64,000 nt of DNA from an uncultured cyanobacterium. Lineage in GTDB: Bacteria > Cyanobacteriota > Cyanobacteriia > PCC-9006 > JAAUQQ01. Below are positions 22,113 through 32,481 of this stretch, in pieces; the stretch's first letter is position 1, and the number at the start of each line of letters is the position of its first letter. Under the pieces are notes generated by a model. It worked only from the letters and a program-made list of their open reading frames with translations, ran no database searches and was not told the origin of the DNA. The translations under genes and the position numbers were made by a program. The stretch spans positions 1,280,001 through 1,344,000 of the forward strand of contig OY970368.1 of NCBI GenBank assembly GCA_963718615.1, given 5' to 3'.

Positions 22113-22562
22113 ATGGCTAACATTGAAGTTCTTGGCGAAGAAATTACCAATGATTGCGCTGCCCTCCGTATCCGGCAGCTCAATCGCGTGATCTCCGGCA
22201 TCTATGATGAGGAGTTGCGGCCCTTTAAGTTGACGATCGCTCAACTGGACATCCTGGCATTGGTTTCCCAGTATGAAAGCATTACGCCTCAGGTGATCGG
22301 GCTAGAGCTGAATGTAGAGAAATCTACCCTCAGCCGAGGTTTGGACCGGATGGTTCGTAATGGCTGGCTCAAGGCAAGTTACAGTCCAGGCAAGCGTTTA
22401 CAGGCTGTCTCCCTGTCTCGCAAGGGCGAAAATTTGCTAAAAAAAGCCATCGAAGGCTGGACCAAGGCCCAAGCCCGCACGGAGGAGTTGCTCGGCAAGC
22501 GGCATCTCGGCAATCTGTTCAAGATGGCCGAACGCCTGATGCCAGAGGAGGAAGAGGAATAA
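22113..22562 (+). CDS. MarR family transcriptional regulator
   Basis: CAALRIRQLNRVISGIYDEELRP..LTIAQ...EKSTLSRGLDRM..NGW. Confidence 0.9.
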   Translation: MANIEVLGEEITNDCAALRIRQLNRVISGIYDEELRPFKLTIAQLDILALVSQYESITPQVIGLELNVEKSTLSRGLDRMVRNGWLKASYSPGKRLQAVSLSRKGENLLKKAIEGWTKAQARTEELLGKRHLGNLFKMAERLMPEEEEE

Positions 22563-22646
22563 CGCGGCAGTCCCCCTCGGCTGACTTGAAGCGGTCAAGC
22601 TGAAGCGCTTGAGTTGCCCCCTAAAACCCAACAGTCCCAGGCATTG

Positions 22647-22717
22647 GCTTAGGCTTGTTAGCTTAGGCTTGTTAGCTTAGGCTTGTTGGGTTTCGCTGGC
22701 GCTCAACGCTAACCTAC
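22647..22717. repeat. 14-bp tandem repeat x3 followed by a GTAG-type REP-like palindrome
   Basis: GCTTAGGCTTGTTA x3; minus strand GTAGGTTAGCGTTGAGCGCCAGCGAAACCCAAC (22685-22717), similar to 44094-44124. Confidence 0.7.
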
Positions 22718-22727
22718 GGTGGGTCGC

Positions 22728-25316
22728 TTAACCGACGCTGGTGAGGAGCTTTTCCTCTTCTTCGCGGGAAACGAGGCGGCCTTCGTCTTCAAACCCCGTG
22801 AGCTGGTCGAAGTTGAGGTAGCGGTAGAGATCGGCGGCAAAGGGATCAACTTTATCGGTGACGATTTCTAGATATTCTTCAACGGAGGGGATTCGGCCCA
22901 GGAGGGCGCAGACTGCGGCCAGTTCCGCTGAGCCCAGATAGACCTGAGCGCCCTTACCCATGCGGTTGTTGAAATTCCGTGTTGAGGTTGAGAACACGGT
23001 TACCCCATCGGCTACACGGGCTTGGTTGCCCATGCAGAGGCTACAACCGGGCATCTCCAACCGGGCTCCCGCTGCCGCAAAGGTGGCGTAGTAGCCTTCC
23101 TCCCGCAGCATTTGCTCATCCATCCGCGTTGGGGGGCAGACCCAGAGACGACCCTTGACGGTGCCTGCTCCCTCCAGAATTTTGGCGGCGGCACGGTAAT
23201 GGCCAATGTTGGTCATGCAAGAGCCGATAAACACTTCATCAATCCGATCCCCGACACAATCGGACATCAGTTTGATATTGTCGGGATCGTTAGGAGCCGC
23301 GACGATTGGCTGCTTGAGCTGATCCAAGTCCACCTCGATAATGTCCGCATATTCGGCATCGGCATCGGCACTCATTAAGCTGGGATTGGCCAGCCAGTCT
23401 TCCATTTGCTTGATCCGGCGAGCCAGGGTCCGTGCATCCTGGTAGCCCCGTGCAATCATATTTTTCATCAAGGCAACGTTGGAACGCAGATATTCCGCCA
23501 CGGTGTCTTCGCTGAGCTTGATTGTGCAGCCTGCGCAGGAGCGTTCAGCGCTGGCGTCGGTGAGCTCAAAGGCCTGCTCTAGCTTCAGATCCGGCAAACC
23601 TTCCATTTCCAAAATTTTGCCCGAGAAGACATTGATTTTGTTTTGCTTCTCGACGGTCAGCTTGCCCGCTTGCATGGCCGCATAGGGAATGGCATTGACC
23701 ACATCCCGCAGCGTCACGCCGGGTTGCAGCTTACCCTTGAAGCGGACGAGTATGGATTCGGGCATATCCAGGGGCATTGCGCCGATCGCCGCTGCAAAGG
23801 CCACTAGTCCAGACCCCGCCGGGAACGAAATCCCCAAGGGAAACCGGGTGTGGGAATCGCCGCCGGTGCCCACGGTATCGGGTAACAGCATCCGGTTTAG
23901 CCAAGAGTGGATGATGCCATCTCCGGGATGGAGCGCTACGCCCCCCCGCTGGGCAAAGAAATCTGGCAGGGTATGGTGGGTTTCAATGTCCACAGGCTTG
24001 GGATAGGCCGCTGTGTGACAGAAGCTCTGCATCACTAGGTCTGCGCTAAAGCCAAGGCAGGCGAGCTCTTTCATCTCATCGCGGGTCATGGGTCCCGTGG
24101 TGTCCTGGGAGCCCACTGTGGTCATGAGGGGTTCGCAGGAGGTGCCGGGGCGAACGCCGGGGAGGCCGCAGGCTTTGCCCACCATTTTTTGGGCGAGGGT
24201 ATAGCCTTTGCCGGTGTCAGCGGGGGCGCTGGGTCGGGTGAAGAGAGGGCTGGCGTCGAGGCCGAGGGCGGTGCGGGTTTTGTCCGTGAGCGATCGCCCA
24301 ATCAAAAGCGGAATCCGCCCCCCGGCCCGAACCTCATCCAAGAGGGTCTCCGGTTTCAGCTCAAACGTGGAAATGACTTCACCGGCTTCATTCTGAATTT
24401 CGCCCTTATAGGGATAAATCGTAATCACATCGCCCGTTTCCAGCGCCGTAACGTCGCATTCAATTGGCAGGGAGCCAGAGTCTTCGGCGGTATTGAAGAA
24501 AATCGGCGCAATCTTCCCCCCGAGAATCACCCCACCTGTGCGCTTGTTGGGCACAAAGGGAATATCTTCACCGACGCACCAGATCACCGAGTTCATCGCC
24601 GATTTACGGGAGGAGCCGGTGCCTACGACATCTCCTACATAGGCAATGGCATGGCCTTTTTGCTTGAGTTCCTTGATCGTCTCCAAGCCCTCAGGCATTT
24701 TGCTTTCCAGCATCGCCAGGGCGTGGAGCGGAATATCCGGGCGAGTGGTGGCATGGGGGGCCGGGGAGAGATCGTCCGTATTGGTTTCGCCGGGAACTTT
24801 GAACACCGTTACCGTAATCGATTCAGGCACCGGCGGGCGGCTGGTAAACCAATCGGCCTTGGCCCAGGCGTCAACCACTTGCTTGGCATAGGCATTGGTC
24901 TCGGACAGCAGCATCACATCATTGAAGGCGTCGTAAACCAGAAGAATTTTGCTCAAGGACCGAGCGGCGGCGGCGGCAATCTCGGTATCCTCTAGTTTCA
25001 GCAATTCAATCAAGGAACTAACGTTATAGCCGCCCATCATCGTGCCTAGCAGTTCCACTGCCTCTTGGGCGGATACCAGCGGACTTGAGACCTCCCCCTT
25101 GGCAACGGAGGTCAAAAAAGATGCTTTGACGTAGGAAGCGGGGTCCACACCGGGGGGGATGCGATTGCGCAACAAATGCCGCAAAAATTCTTCTTCCCCC
25201 GCAGGCGGAGCTTTGAGGAGATCACACAGTGCGGCAGTTTGCTCGGCGGTTAAGGGAAGAGGTGGAATTCCCAGGGTATTTCGTTCAGCAGCATGGTGGC
25301 GATATTGTTCTAGCAT
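22728..25316 (-). CDS. acnB: Aconitate hydratase B
   Basis: [61 protein letters not shown]. Confidence 0.98.
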   Translation of the reverse strand: MLEQYRHHAAERNTLGIPPLPLTAEQTAALCDLLKAPPAGEEEFLRHLLRNRIPPGVDPASYVKASFLTSVAKGEVSSPLVSAQEAVELLGTMMGGYNVSSLIELLKLEDTEIAAAAARSLSKILLVYDAFNDVMLLSETNAYAKQVVDAWAKADWFTSRPPVPESITVTVFKVPGETNTDDLSPAPHATTRPDIPLHALAMLESKMPEGLETIKELKQKGHAIAYVGDVVGTGSSRKSAMNSVIWCVGEDIPFVPNKRTGGVILGGKIAPIFFNTAEDSGSLPIECDVTALETGDVITIYPYKGEIQNEAGEVISTFELKPETLLDEVRAGGRIPLLIGRSLTDKTRTALGLDASPLFTRPSAPADTGKGYTLAQKMVGKACGLPGVRPGTSCEPLMTTVGSQDTTGPMTRDEMKELACLGFSADLVMQSFCHTAAYPKPVDIETHHTLPDFFAQRGGVALHPGDGIIHSWLNRMLLPDTVGTGGDSHTRFPLGISFPAGSGLVAFAAAIGAMPLDMPESILVRFKGKLQPGVTLRDVVNAIPYAAMQAGKLTVEKQNKINVFSGKILEMEGLPDLKLEQAFELTDASAERSCAGCTIKLSEDTVAEYLRSNVALMKNMIARGYQDARTLARRIKQMEDWLANPSLMSADADAEYADIIEVDLDQLKQPIVAAPNDPDNIKLMSDCVGDRIDEVFIGSCMTNIGHYRAAAKILEGAGTVKGRLWVCPPTRMDEQMLREEGYYATFAAAGARLEMPGCSLCMGNQARVADGVTVFSTSTRNFNNRMGKGAQVYLGSAELAAVCALLGRIPSVEEYLEIVTDKVDPFAADLYRYLNFDQLTGFEDEGRLVSREEEEKLLTSVG

Positions 25317-25441
25317 CTTCAACCCTCTAGCGTTCGCAAGGCCGTAAATCAGTATAGAGATCCTAGCGAACCCAGGGCGAATCGATAGCGACGAATGATG
25401 CAGAATCGTTGGTTTAGGCGTGTTGGTTTAGGTGTGTTGGT

Positions 25442-25765
25442 TTAGGTGTTGAGTTTGCTGAAATAGCGATAGCTGCCGCCCAGCAATAGGGTGCCTCCAA
25501 TCAGGACTGACGCTTGGGCTAAAGGAGGGGCAGGAGCCGCAGCCAAGCTGTCGAGGGCCTCTGACAAAATTGTGCCCTTGGCGTTGGGGCAGGGGGTGCC
25601 AGGGGTTTGGGCCATCGTTTGGGGGGTGCCAGGGGAGGGTTGTACGGCTTGGGGACGAGCCAGTTCGATGGCGGCGAGGCTGGCGGCAGCCTGGGGACTC
25701 CAGGTTAGGATCGTGGTGCCGGTGGCGATCGCAGTAGCAAAAAGAACTGATTGTGCAAAATTCAT
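25442..25765 (-). CDS. Small secreted/membrane-anchored hypothetical protein
   Basis: Signal-like N-terminus, Pro/Thr/Gln-rich middle, C-terminal PAPP + hydrophobic helix + basic tail. Confidence 0.55.
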   Translation of the reverse strand: MNFAQSVLFATAIATGTTILTWSPQAAASLAAIELARPQAVQPSPGTPQTMAQTPGTPCPNAKGTILSEALDSLAAAPAPPLAQASVLIGGTLLLGGSYRYFSKLNT

Positions 25766-26058
25766 GAGCCCCAGGCCATCCTTCGACAGTGCAATAACAG
25801 TGCAATAAAAAAACGCAATCGAAAAAAGCTGAGAGAAATGCGCCGGCTGCGTGTATCTGTTTTCCACGGCGGTGTGAAAACATTGAACGAGGAGAGAGCC
25901 CTGATGATCCTACGGAGCATTTCCCTGAGCGATGTCCCCAGTATGGTGCATCTCCGCAGAACTGCTAAGGGGGAGCACTGAGTTTTTACGATATTTTTTT
26001 ACTACCACTGCCGCTGCTTCACATAGATACGGATTGAGCCCAGCATTTCTACGGGGAG

Positions 26059-27384
26059 CTACTGAGCCATGAGGCAATTCGCGCTTCTAGTTCGGCGACC
26101 CCTGGATGCGGCACTGTTTTCCTCATCATCAGTAAAAAACAGTGCGTTTTCTAGCCAACCGGATTCGTGCAGTCTAGCGATGTCATTCTGCTCCAACACC
26201 TGCTTTGCTCCAGGAATCTCCAGAATTCGTTTGATCTGGGCATCAGGATGGTTGGGTAGACGGTAGGTGACAGAGGCAAATTCAAGGGATTGAGGACTGA
26301 GTAACCGCAGCAATTGAGGCGAGTGAGTCGTTGCAATGACTTGAAGACTACCCGCAGCCGCTTTTTGCTCGATCAATTGAAGCAGAAGATTGAGACGCGC
26401 AGGGTGGATACCATTATCAAGCTCTTCCAGAAAGAACAGTTCCTGACGCTCGGCACTGAGCAGGGCAGCCAGCATAGCTAGAAATCGCAGAGTTCCGTCA
26501 GAAGCACTGTTCGCAGAAATACGTTGACCATTCGCTTCCACGAGGGTAATAAGAACTTTCCCTGAAAAGTCGGACGGAAATTCTAGGTCAACGGCGTCCA
26601 TGGGGGTGAGTTCTTGCAACCATTCCAGTAAAATCTGCTTTTTGACAGGATTTTGACAAAGCTGTTGGAGGACAGAGGAGAGATTTTCGCCGCGATCGCC
26701 TAACGTCCTCTGCCCCGGTAACGATGCAATACGAGTTGCCTCAGGATCCAAATCGAGAAATTTTAATCTTGATAAATTTTGCAAGACTTCCTGTGCTAGG
26801 GCGTCCTCCACGGACTGTTTTTCTCCCTTAACTTGTTTATAGAGAGAAATTCTGGCCAAAAACTGAAGATGAGAATTTCCAGCCGTCAAGGATTCACCGA
26901 TGGAGGTCGATGGAGCAGAGCTGATGCGATAAGAAAAACCACCCTGAGAATCGCTGGCTCGGAGTTTGGCGTCAAAAATGATCTTGGGCTGCTGACCCAC
27001 GATTGACAACCGTTCTGCAACAACAAAGGGACCCAAAATCGTATCTTGAGTATCAACGACGATGGAATATTGAGCCGTGAGAGACTCCTGGTTATGTTCA
27101 ATCAAGAGTTCCACTTCGATCTCAAATTCTGAACGACCAGCATAGGAAATTTCCTTTGTCCCCCCCCGAATCCCCCGCCATTGCAAGGAACCACCATCGG
27201 TGTATTTAGCACCAATGATGTCCGGCAGAGAGTACCCTTCGCCAATACCGTGCAGAAACCGCAGCGCATCTCGCACATTGCTTTTGCCTGAAGCATTTGC
27301 CCCGACCAGCAGCGTCAAAGGTCCTAGACTCAGCTCTGCATTCTGAAACCCCTTGAAATTTTTTAACCGTAATCGGGTCAGCAT
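26059..27384 (-). CDS. AAA_21/RecF-like ABC ATPase (defence-type; partner gene apparently deleted)
   Basis: LRLKNFKGF, GANASGKSN, SDGTLRFL, LEELDNGIHP, IATTHSP; lower GC than neighbours. Confidence 0.88.
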   Translation of the reverse strand: MLTRLRLKNFKGFQNAELSLGPLTLLVGANASGKSNVRDALRFLHGIGEGYSLPDIIGAKYTDGGSLQWRGIRGGTKEISYAGRSEFEIEVELLIEHNQESLTAQYSIVVDTQDTILGPFVVAERLSIVGQQPKIIFDAKLRASDSQGGFSYRISSAPSTSIGESLTAGNSHLQFLARISLYKQVKGEKQSVEDALAQEVLQNLSRLKFLDLDPEATRIASLPGQRTLGDRGENLSSVLQQLCQNPVKKQILLEWLQELTPMDAVDLEFPSDFSGKVLITLVEANGQRISANSASDGTLRFLAMLAALLSAERQELFFLEELDNGIHPARLNLLLQLIEQKAAAGSLQVIATTHSPQLLRLLSPQSLEFASVTYRLPNHPDAQIKRILEIPGAKQVLEQNDIARLHESGWLENALFFTDDEENSAASRGRRTRSANCLMAQ

Positions 27385-27433
27385 TGGCTCAAGCTCACTC
27401 GGTTTCTCTATTTTATCCCCCGATCCATTCGAC

Positions 27434-28297
27434 CTATTCCCGAGGTTCTACCGCCGCAAACAAAGCCGAGTAGTCCTTGTCCGCTAGCCCTAGGGCGATC
27501 GCCTTCTCCAAAATCCGCTCCGTACCCTCCAAATTTCCCGTTTGCAGCTCCAGCGTCGCCGCCTCCTTCAAAAACAACTGCACATCCTTGAGCAAATGCT
27601 TCGTTGGGAAATTGGGATTGTCAAAATTGTGGTCCTGCATTCGATCGAGCTTCTTATCAAACGTCGGTGCATAGAGAGCGCTCGAACGCAAAATGTCCAT
27701 GAGCTGCTCCACCGGCACCTGATGCAGCCGCGCAAACGCCAAACTCAAGGCAAAACTATTGGTCAAACTGGCAATCAGTTGATTCAGCGCCAGTTTCAGT
27801 GCCATGGCCGTTCCCACCGGGCCGATGTATCGAGGCGCTTCGCCCCAATGCTGGAGCAGCGGCTGCCACTGGGTAAACTGCTCCGGCGTGCCGCCCACCA
27901 TCACCTGCAACGTACCCGTCTGGGCTTCCGGGATGCTGCCCAGGACAGGGGCTTCGAGATATTCGGCTCCGGCTTCGGTGAGTTCCTGGGCGATCGCCTG
28001 ACTTTCACTGGGAGCAATCGTCCCCATCTGGATCACCGTTTTGCCCGCCAACAATGCCTTGATCTCGCTATCCAAAATCGTCTCTCGGATGGCATGGGCA
28101 TCAGTCAGCATCAGGATGAGGCAATCGGCAAAGCTGGCGAGGGCTTGGGGAGAGGCGGCGATCGCCACGCCTAATTCCGCGAGGGGCTGCACTTTGGCCA
28201 GGGTTCGGTTCTGCACCGTCACCGAGAGTCCTGCCTGGTGTAGTCGCTGGGCCATGGGAGCCCCCATGAGACCGGTACCCATTACGCCATATTCCAT
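27434..28297 (-). CDS. NAD(P)-dependent oxidoreductase, 3-hydroxyisobutyrate dehydrogenase family
   Basis: GTGLMGAPMA, EAPVLGS, MVGG, KLALN, FPTKHLLKD. Confidence 0.92.
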   Translation of the reverse strand: MEYGVMGTGLMGAPMAQRLHQAGLSVTVQNRTLAKVQPLAELGVAIAASPQALASFADCLILMLTDAHAIRETILDSEIKALLAGKTVIQMGTIAPSESQAIAQELTEAGAEYLEAPVLGSIPEAQTGTLQVMVGGTPEQFTQWQPLLQHWGEAPRYIGPVGTAMALKLALNQLIASLTNSFALSLAFARLHQVPVEQLMDILRSSALYAPTFDKKLDRMQDHNFDNPNFPTKHLLKDVQLFLKEAATLELQTGNLEGTERILEKAIALGLADKDYSALFAAVEPRE

Positions 28298-28348
28298 GGT
28301 GATTTGCCGCCTTCGAGAGTGATTGTGCAATGTGCAGGGGATTGAGCC

Positions 28349-28819
28349 CTACTTATTAAACAACTCAAAGACCTGACGGCAAAACGTTTTAATCGATTGA
28401 ATCACATCATCGACCGGGGTTTTGTCGCCCACAATCGTCCAATCCGCCACCGTGGAGAGCCGCCACTGTTCGCCGTTGTAGGTAAAGCCTAAAACCTCCA
28501 GACCAATGAGCCGCAGAGCCGTTTTCGAGTCCTGGGTCTGCGCCTCCAGCGATGGCGCTTCGGGGTCGGCTTCAAAGGCAACGCCATCAAAAAAACGCAG
28601 TTGAACCAGCATACTGCGACTCTGGAATCGGGGACTCCACCCCGGCCAGTGAAACCCAATGTCGATGGAGTCGGGATCAATCCTGGCGCGGGTGTCAGGA
28701 TCATTGGCCCAGGGCTTCAGGTCTGCGCGGGCATCGGGGAAGTGGGTCTTGAACAGGTTCACCACCGCCGCAATCTTGCTGGCCAACTGCACATCCGTCG
28801 CTTGCTCGGCTGCATTCAC
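28349..28819 (-). CDS. Conserved cyanobacterial hypothetical protein
   Basis: MNAAEQA...ADLKPWANDPDT...DPDSIDIGFHWPGW; GGAG RBS, GTG start. Confidence 0.75.
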   Translation of the reverse strand: MNAAEQATDVQLASKIAAVVNLFKTHFPDARADLKPWANDPDTRARIDPDSIDIGFHWPGWSPRFQSRSMLVQLRFFDGVAFEADPEAPSLEAQTQDSKTALRLIGLEVLGFTYNGEQWRLSTVADWTIVGDKTPVDDVIQSIKTFCRQVFELFNK

Positions 28820-28906
28820 GCGAGTTACTCCTTTACCACCGGGGCTCGTTCTATTCTTACATTTCTTTAAATCTCATGAAGCTGTTGCCATATTTGTTAC
28901 TAAACC

Positions 28907-29140
28907 CTAGGGCTGGGGCGTAGGAAGCTGAGGATCGATGCTTTGAGGCGTGCTTTGCGCCGTTTCTGTTTGAGCTGTTTCCGTTTGCGCCGGTTGACAG
29001 TGACTGGAGGCGTGGCTAGAGGCATCGCTGGAGGAAATTTTGCAACGACTCTCTTGGACAATTCCCAGGGTGGTATAGGTGGCAAGCCCGAGGGTCAATA
29101 ATGCCCCAAATAGACTGCTGAGCATCCAGGTGGCTGACAT
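28907..29140 (-). CDS. Small hypothetical protein with N-terminal TM helix
   Basis: 77 aa, hydrophobic N-terminus, QTETA duplication. Confidence 0.45.
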   Translation of the reverse strand: MSATWMLSSLFGALLTLGLATYTTLGIVQESRCKISSSDASSHASSHCQPAQTETAQTETAQSTPQSIDPQLPTPQP

Positions 29141-29317
29141 GGGTTTTATCTTGAATTCTGCTCTTCAAGATGACGAAGTTAGGCTTGCTCTGACGAAGGG
29201 GCCAGTGACGTTTTCAAAACTGGTTGCGACCCCATGACGGGGGCCTGCCCAAAACGTCGGCGGGCGATCGCCCCTAGCCAATTGTCCTTAATTTCCCCTC
29301 ATCAACCCCCCTTCCCC

Positions 29318-30265
29318 CTAATCAATCCCCCAGCGCCGCCGCCAGCTAGAGGTGGATTCGCGATCGCTCTCGGCCTGCTCCTGTTGTTGCTGTGCCAAAA
29401 TCGCCTCAGCCGAACCATTCAAGCCCGGATCTCGCAAAGGAATGCCCGCGCGGGTTTGCAAATGCTCCTGTTCTAGGGGCGAAAGCGGCATCAAGCCTTC
29501 ACCCGAGAAACTGGCCACGGTACCCAGGGACCATTCATGGGGACGAGCGGCCTGCGGCTGGGATAGGGGAATCGTGCCAATTTTTAACCCCGCTGCCACC
29601 AGGGCTGAGCGCACGGAGGCGGACCGGGAATAGGTGGCCAAAATCGCTTGGGGGGTCATCACAGCCGCCACCTGCCGAAAAAAGTCAACGGTCCACAGTT
29701 GCGGACAGCGCCGGGGCGAAAACGGATCGAAAAAGACTGCATCAGCTTGAAAACCGCTGGCTTGAACCTGGGCGATCGTCTGTCGCGCATCGCCAATCAA
29801 GAGCTGGGCTCGCAGTCTCGCCTCTGCCACCCCTTGCGATTGCGCCAATGCCCTTAAGCTCGCTTGGACCGGGGCTGACCAACCCTGTAGCAAATCCGAG
29901 TTGGCGGCAGCGATGGGCACCGAGGCGTCTAGCTCCAAACCATAGAGCTCCACCGGGCAGTGGGGATTGACTCGCCAAAGGGTTTCAAGGGCCGCAGCCG
30001 TGTTGTATCCCAAACCATAGCAAACGTCGAGTAATCGGACCGGTGATTGTAATGGTGATTGTAATGGTGAGCCGACCGAGGATTGCTGGGCTAAGAGCGG
30101 GAGTTGAGTGGCGATCGCAAACTTCTCCAAGGCCTCGCGTTTTGCCCCTTGGGTACTGTGAAAGGTCTCGTTAAAGACCGCTGAAAAAAAGGTAAAAGAG
30201 CCATCCTGGGTCAACTGAGGCACCCATGGCTCTGCTGTAGATGGGTCTGATTCAGCTTGTACCAT
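29318..30265 (-). CDS. MnmC/MnmD-like SAM-dependent methyltransferase
   Basis: TQDGSFTFFS..FNETFHS, LDVCYGLGYN, IGDARQT, FFDPFSPRRCPQLWT, LATYS. Confidence 0.88.
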   Translation of the reverse strand: MVQAESDPSTAEPWVPQLTQDGSFTFFSAVFNETFHSTQGAKREALEKFAIATQLPLLAQQSSVGSPLQSPLQSPVRLLDVCYGLGYNTAAALETLWRVNPHCPVELYGLELDASVPIAAANSDLLQGWSAPVQASLRALAQSQGVAEARLRAQLLIGDARQTIAQVQASGFQADAVFFDPFSPRRCPQLWTVDFFRQVAAVMTPQAILATYSRSASVRSALVAAGLKIGTIPLSQPQAARPHEWSLGTVASFSGEGLMPLSPLEQEHLQTRAGIPLRDPGLNGSAEAILAQQQQEQAESDRESTSSWRRRWGID

Positions 30266-30277
30266 CCAGGCGTCCTC

Positions 30278-31813
30278 CTAGGGCGTTCGTATTGTGGGCT
30301 GAATGACCAAGTTTAAGCCGATTTCAAACATGCGTTGCCAGGGCGAAGCAACCGTCAGGTCTTCAATCCGCCAAGCCCCAAACGAATGCCGCATCGTCCT
30401 TTGCCAGACGGCCTGAATCTGGCGAGCTATTTCTTGATGAATGGCGGGGGCTTGCTGATTAAAATCGTAATAAGATGCCCCTAGGGTTGGTAAATAGTTC
30501 TGGACCATCGCCCCTCGCACCACGCTTTGATAGGCCCAATCTTCGAGGAGATGGTGGATTTTGTTGAAGGCGATCGCCTCCCCCTCCCCGCCCTTCCAAC
30601 CCAAAATCGCCGTCGCCAACACCGTCCCAATGGTGTTACAACTCGTATTCCACCCCCCATAGGCCAAAAGTCCATCCCAAAGCTGGGCATCGTCTAGCAA
30701 CTGAACCAGTTCGGTTTCCCCTCCATTGGCAAAGGCCACATCGGCGACGGCAACCGCTTGACCTGCACCAAGATAGGCTTCGATTTGACTGACGAAGAAG
30801 CGTAAGTTGCGGTAGCTACTGTAGGTCATGTCCTTCTGGTCTTGGTCCCAAGCTTCCTGCATGACTTGGCCAGGGCTGTTGAGGGCAAGAATACAGTCGG
30901 CCTGAGCGGGGGTGGGGGCGAGTTGGGCTCCGGCGGCGAGCAGGTGCGATCGCAAGCTTTCCCCCAGGGGCCGATCTTCGTAGAGCGGCACAATCTGCTC
31001 GGCACAGACGGAACTATAGAGGGGGTAAAACCGGGGTTGAAGCCTCTGCTGTTGGGTATAGGCGCGCGCTAACAACGTGCAGCCCACTTCATCAGCTCCC
31101 GGATAGAGATGGACTTGGCGTTGCAGACGCAAGTCGCTAATTTTCCGGACAATTTGCTGTTGATCGATGGCGGTCAACCCGTAGGGAGCCGAGTCATCTT
31201 GGGGAATCGCCAAAAAGTCAATCACCCCCGCTTGCACCAAGTCGATCGTCGCTTGATTCACCGCAAGATTCTTGGCACGACGCTGTTGATAATCGGCAAG
31301 TACATCCGCCGGTAATTGGGCCGTGAGCTGTTGTAATTCTTGGGTTTCTTCGGGGGGGAGGGGGAGGCGATCGCCCCGGTCCGTCAGCCAACCCCAACGA
31401 AAGATCTGCGCCCCAAAGTCTGCGTAGTAATCCGGTTCCTCTTCGCTGCTGCTATAGGACGGCGTCCGCATAATCAGATTGCTGGCAAAGAGTTTCAGCT
31501 CAGGCTGCTTGGCTTTGATGGCTTTGAGGGGCTCTAGACAGGACAAGAGATGATCGATCGAATGATGGTGCAATCGCGAAGGCAGCAGCCCGCCATAGAC
31601 CAGCATCTCAATGGAAAGAATCGCGTAGTGGCAGTCGGAGAACTGCTTTTGGAGCCAATTCCAGAGGCGATCGCGATCGGCAGGTCGTTTCTTTTGACCC
31701 AAATATTCAAGGGGCGGCACCCGAAGATCGATCTGGGGCTGGAGACGCGCAATCTGTTGAGGATAGCTGAAATTGCATGGACGCTCGTCGAGGGGGAGGT
31801 AAAGGATCTTCAT
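30278..31813 (-). CDS. DUF4127 family protein
   Basis: ILYLPLDERPCN, MLVYGGLLPSR, PQDD, YPGADEVG, YGGWNTSCN, PWQRMFE. Confidence 0.88.
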   Translation of the reverse strand: MKILYLPLDERPCNFSYPQQIARLQPQIDLRVPPLEYLGQKKRPADRDRLWNWLQKQFSDCHYAILSIEMLVYGGLLPSRLHHHSIDHLLSCLEPLKAIKAKQPELKLFASNLIMRTPSYSSSEEEPDYYADFGAQIFRWGWLTDRGDRLPLPPEETQELQQLTAQLPADVLADYQQRRAKNLAVNQATIDLVQAGVIDFLAIPQDDSAPYGLTAIDQQQIVRKISDLRLQRQVHLYPGADEVGCTLLARAYTQQQRLQPRFYPLYSSVCAEQIVPLYEDRPLGESLRSHLLAAGAQLAPTPAQADCILALNSPGQVMQEAWDQDQKDMTYSSYRNLRFFVSQIEAYLGAGQAVAVADVAFANGGETELVQLLDDAQLWDGLLAYGGWNTSCNTIGTVLATAILGWKGGEGEAIAFNKIHHLLEDWAYQSVVRGAMVQNYLPTLGASYYDFNQQAPAIHQEIARQIQAVWQRTMRHSFGAWRIEDLTVASPWQRMFEIGLNLVIQPTIRTP

Positions 31814-31913
31814 GCAAAAACAAATCAATCGTCAACAATGATGAGTTATTTGTTCCTACTGTAAGCGAGATGAGGGAGGATAGAACAATGACTTGACCTG
31901 AGAGTAGTGATTA

Positions 31914-32480
31914 ATGTCCCGGTTGTCTGAAGCTTGCTTAAACCAGATTTTGGCTTATCAAATCTGTATTGCTTGGGCAGGAGAAGCCCTCTGTGAGCCC
32001 CCTCGCTTGGGCTGGTGGCGCACAGACCTGGTCGATCAGCTAGGGGGGGGAGATTTATTGAGGCGCTTACTCCCTAGAACAGCTCAGTGGTCAGGCTTAC
32101 AAGCTGTCCGACAGGCAGCCATCCAGACGGATACTCACCTTCGCCGAGAAATACCGGAGGCAGACCAGATAAGAACCTTATTTTTTTGGGGCTTTGATAT
32201 TGATGAGCAGCTCTCAGATCGCTTAAGCATCCACAAAAAGTCCGAGGCAGACCCCCAGAAGGTCTTGCCGTTACCGCTCAAGCTGGCAGACCCGTTTTCT
32301 CCGAAAGCCTTTGAAGTTGCGATCGCAGGCGAAGTAAACGTGGAGATTACGCGCAACGGCAGAGCCATTCAAGGAGATATACCCATCACCCCAGAGCAAC
32401 AGGCCAAAAAACTTGTGGCTGCCCTCGTTAATCCCATCCCTGAGCAATATCCTATGCCGTTCTACCGGATACAGGGTTAA
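31914..32480 (+). CDS. brxE: BREX type 6 protein BrxE
   Basis: QICIAWAGE...PRLGWWRTDLVD..GGGD...LPRT..W; first gene of the BREX operon. Confidence 0.85.
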   Translation: MSRLSEACLNQILAYQICIAWAGEALCEPPRLGWWRTDLVDQLGGGDLLRRLLPRTAQWSGLQAVRQAAIQTDTHLRREIPEADQIRTLFFWGFDIDEQLSDRLSIHKKSEADPQKVLPLPLKLADPFSPKAFEVAIAGEVNVEITRNGRAIQGDIPITPEQQAKKLVAALVNPIPEQYPMPFYRIQG

Positions 32481-32481
32481 C

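Noticed and set aside
19260-22690. Short repeat arrays as possible CRISPR
   Set aside because: Units are 12-14 bp, contiguous and without spacers; no cas genes in the window
2406-24995. Long antisense ORFs opposite chlH, metH and acnB (e.g. 4434-5447, 17526-18467, 24189-24995)
   Set aside because: Typical reverse-frame shadows of GC-rich conserved genes
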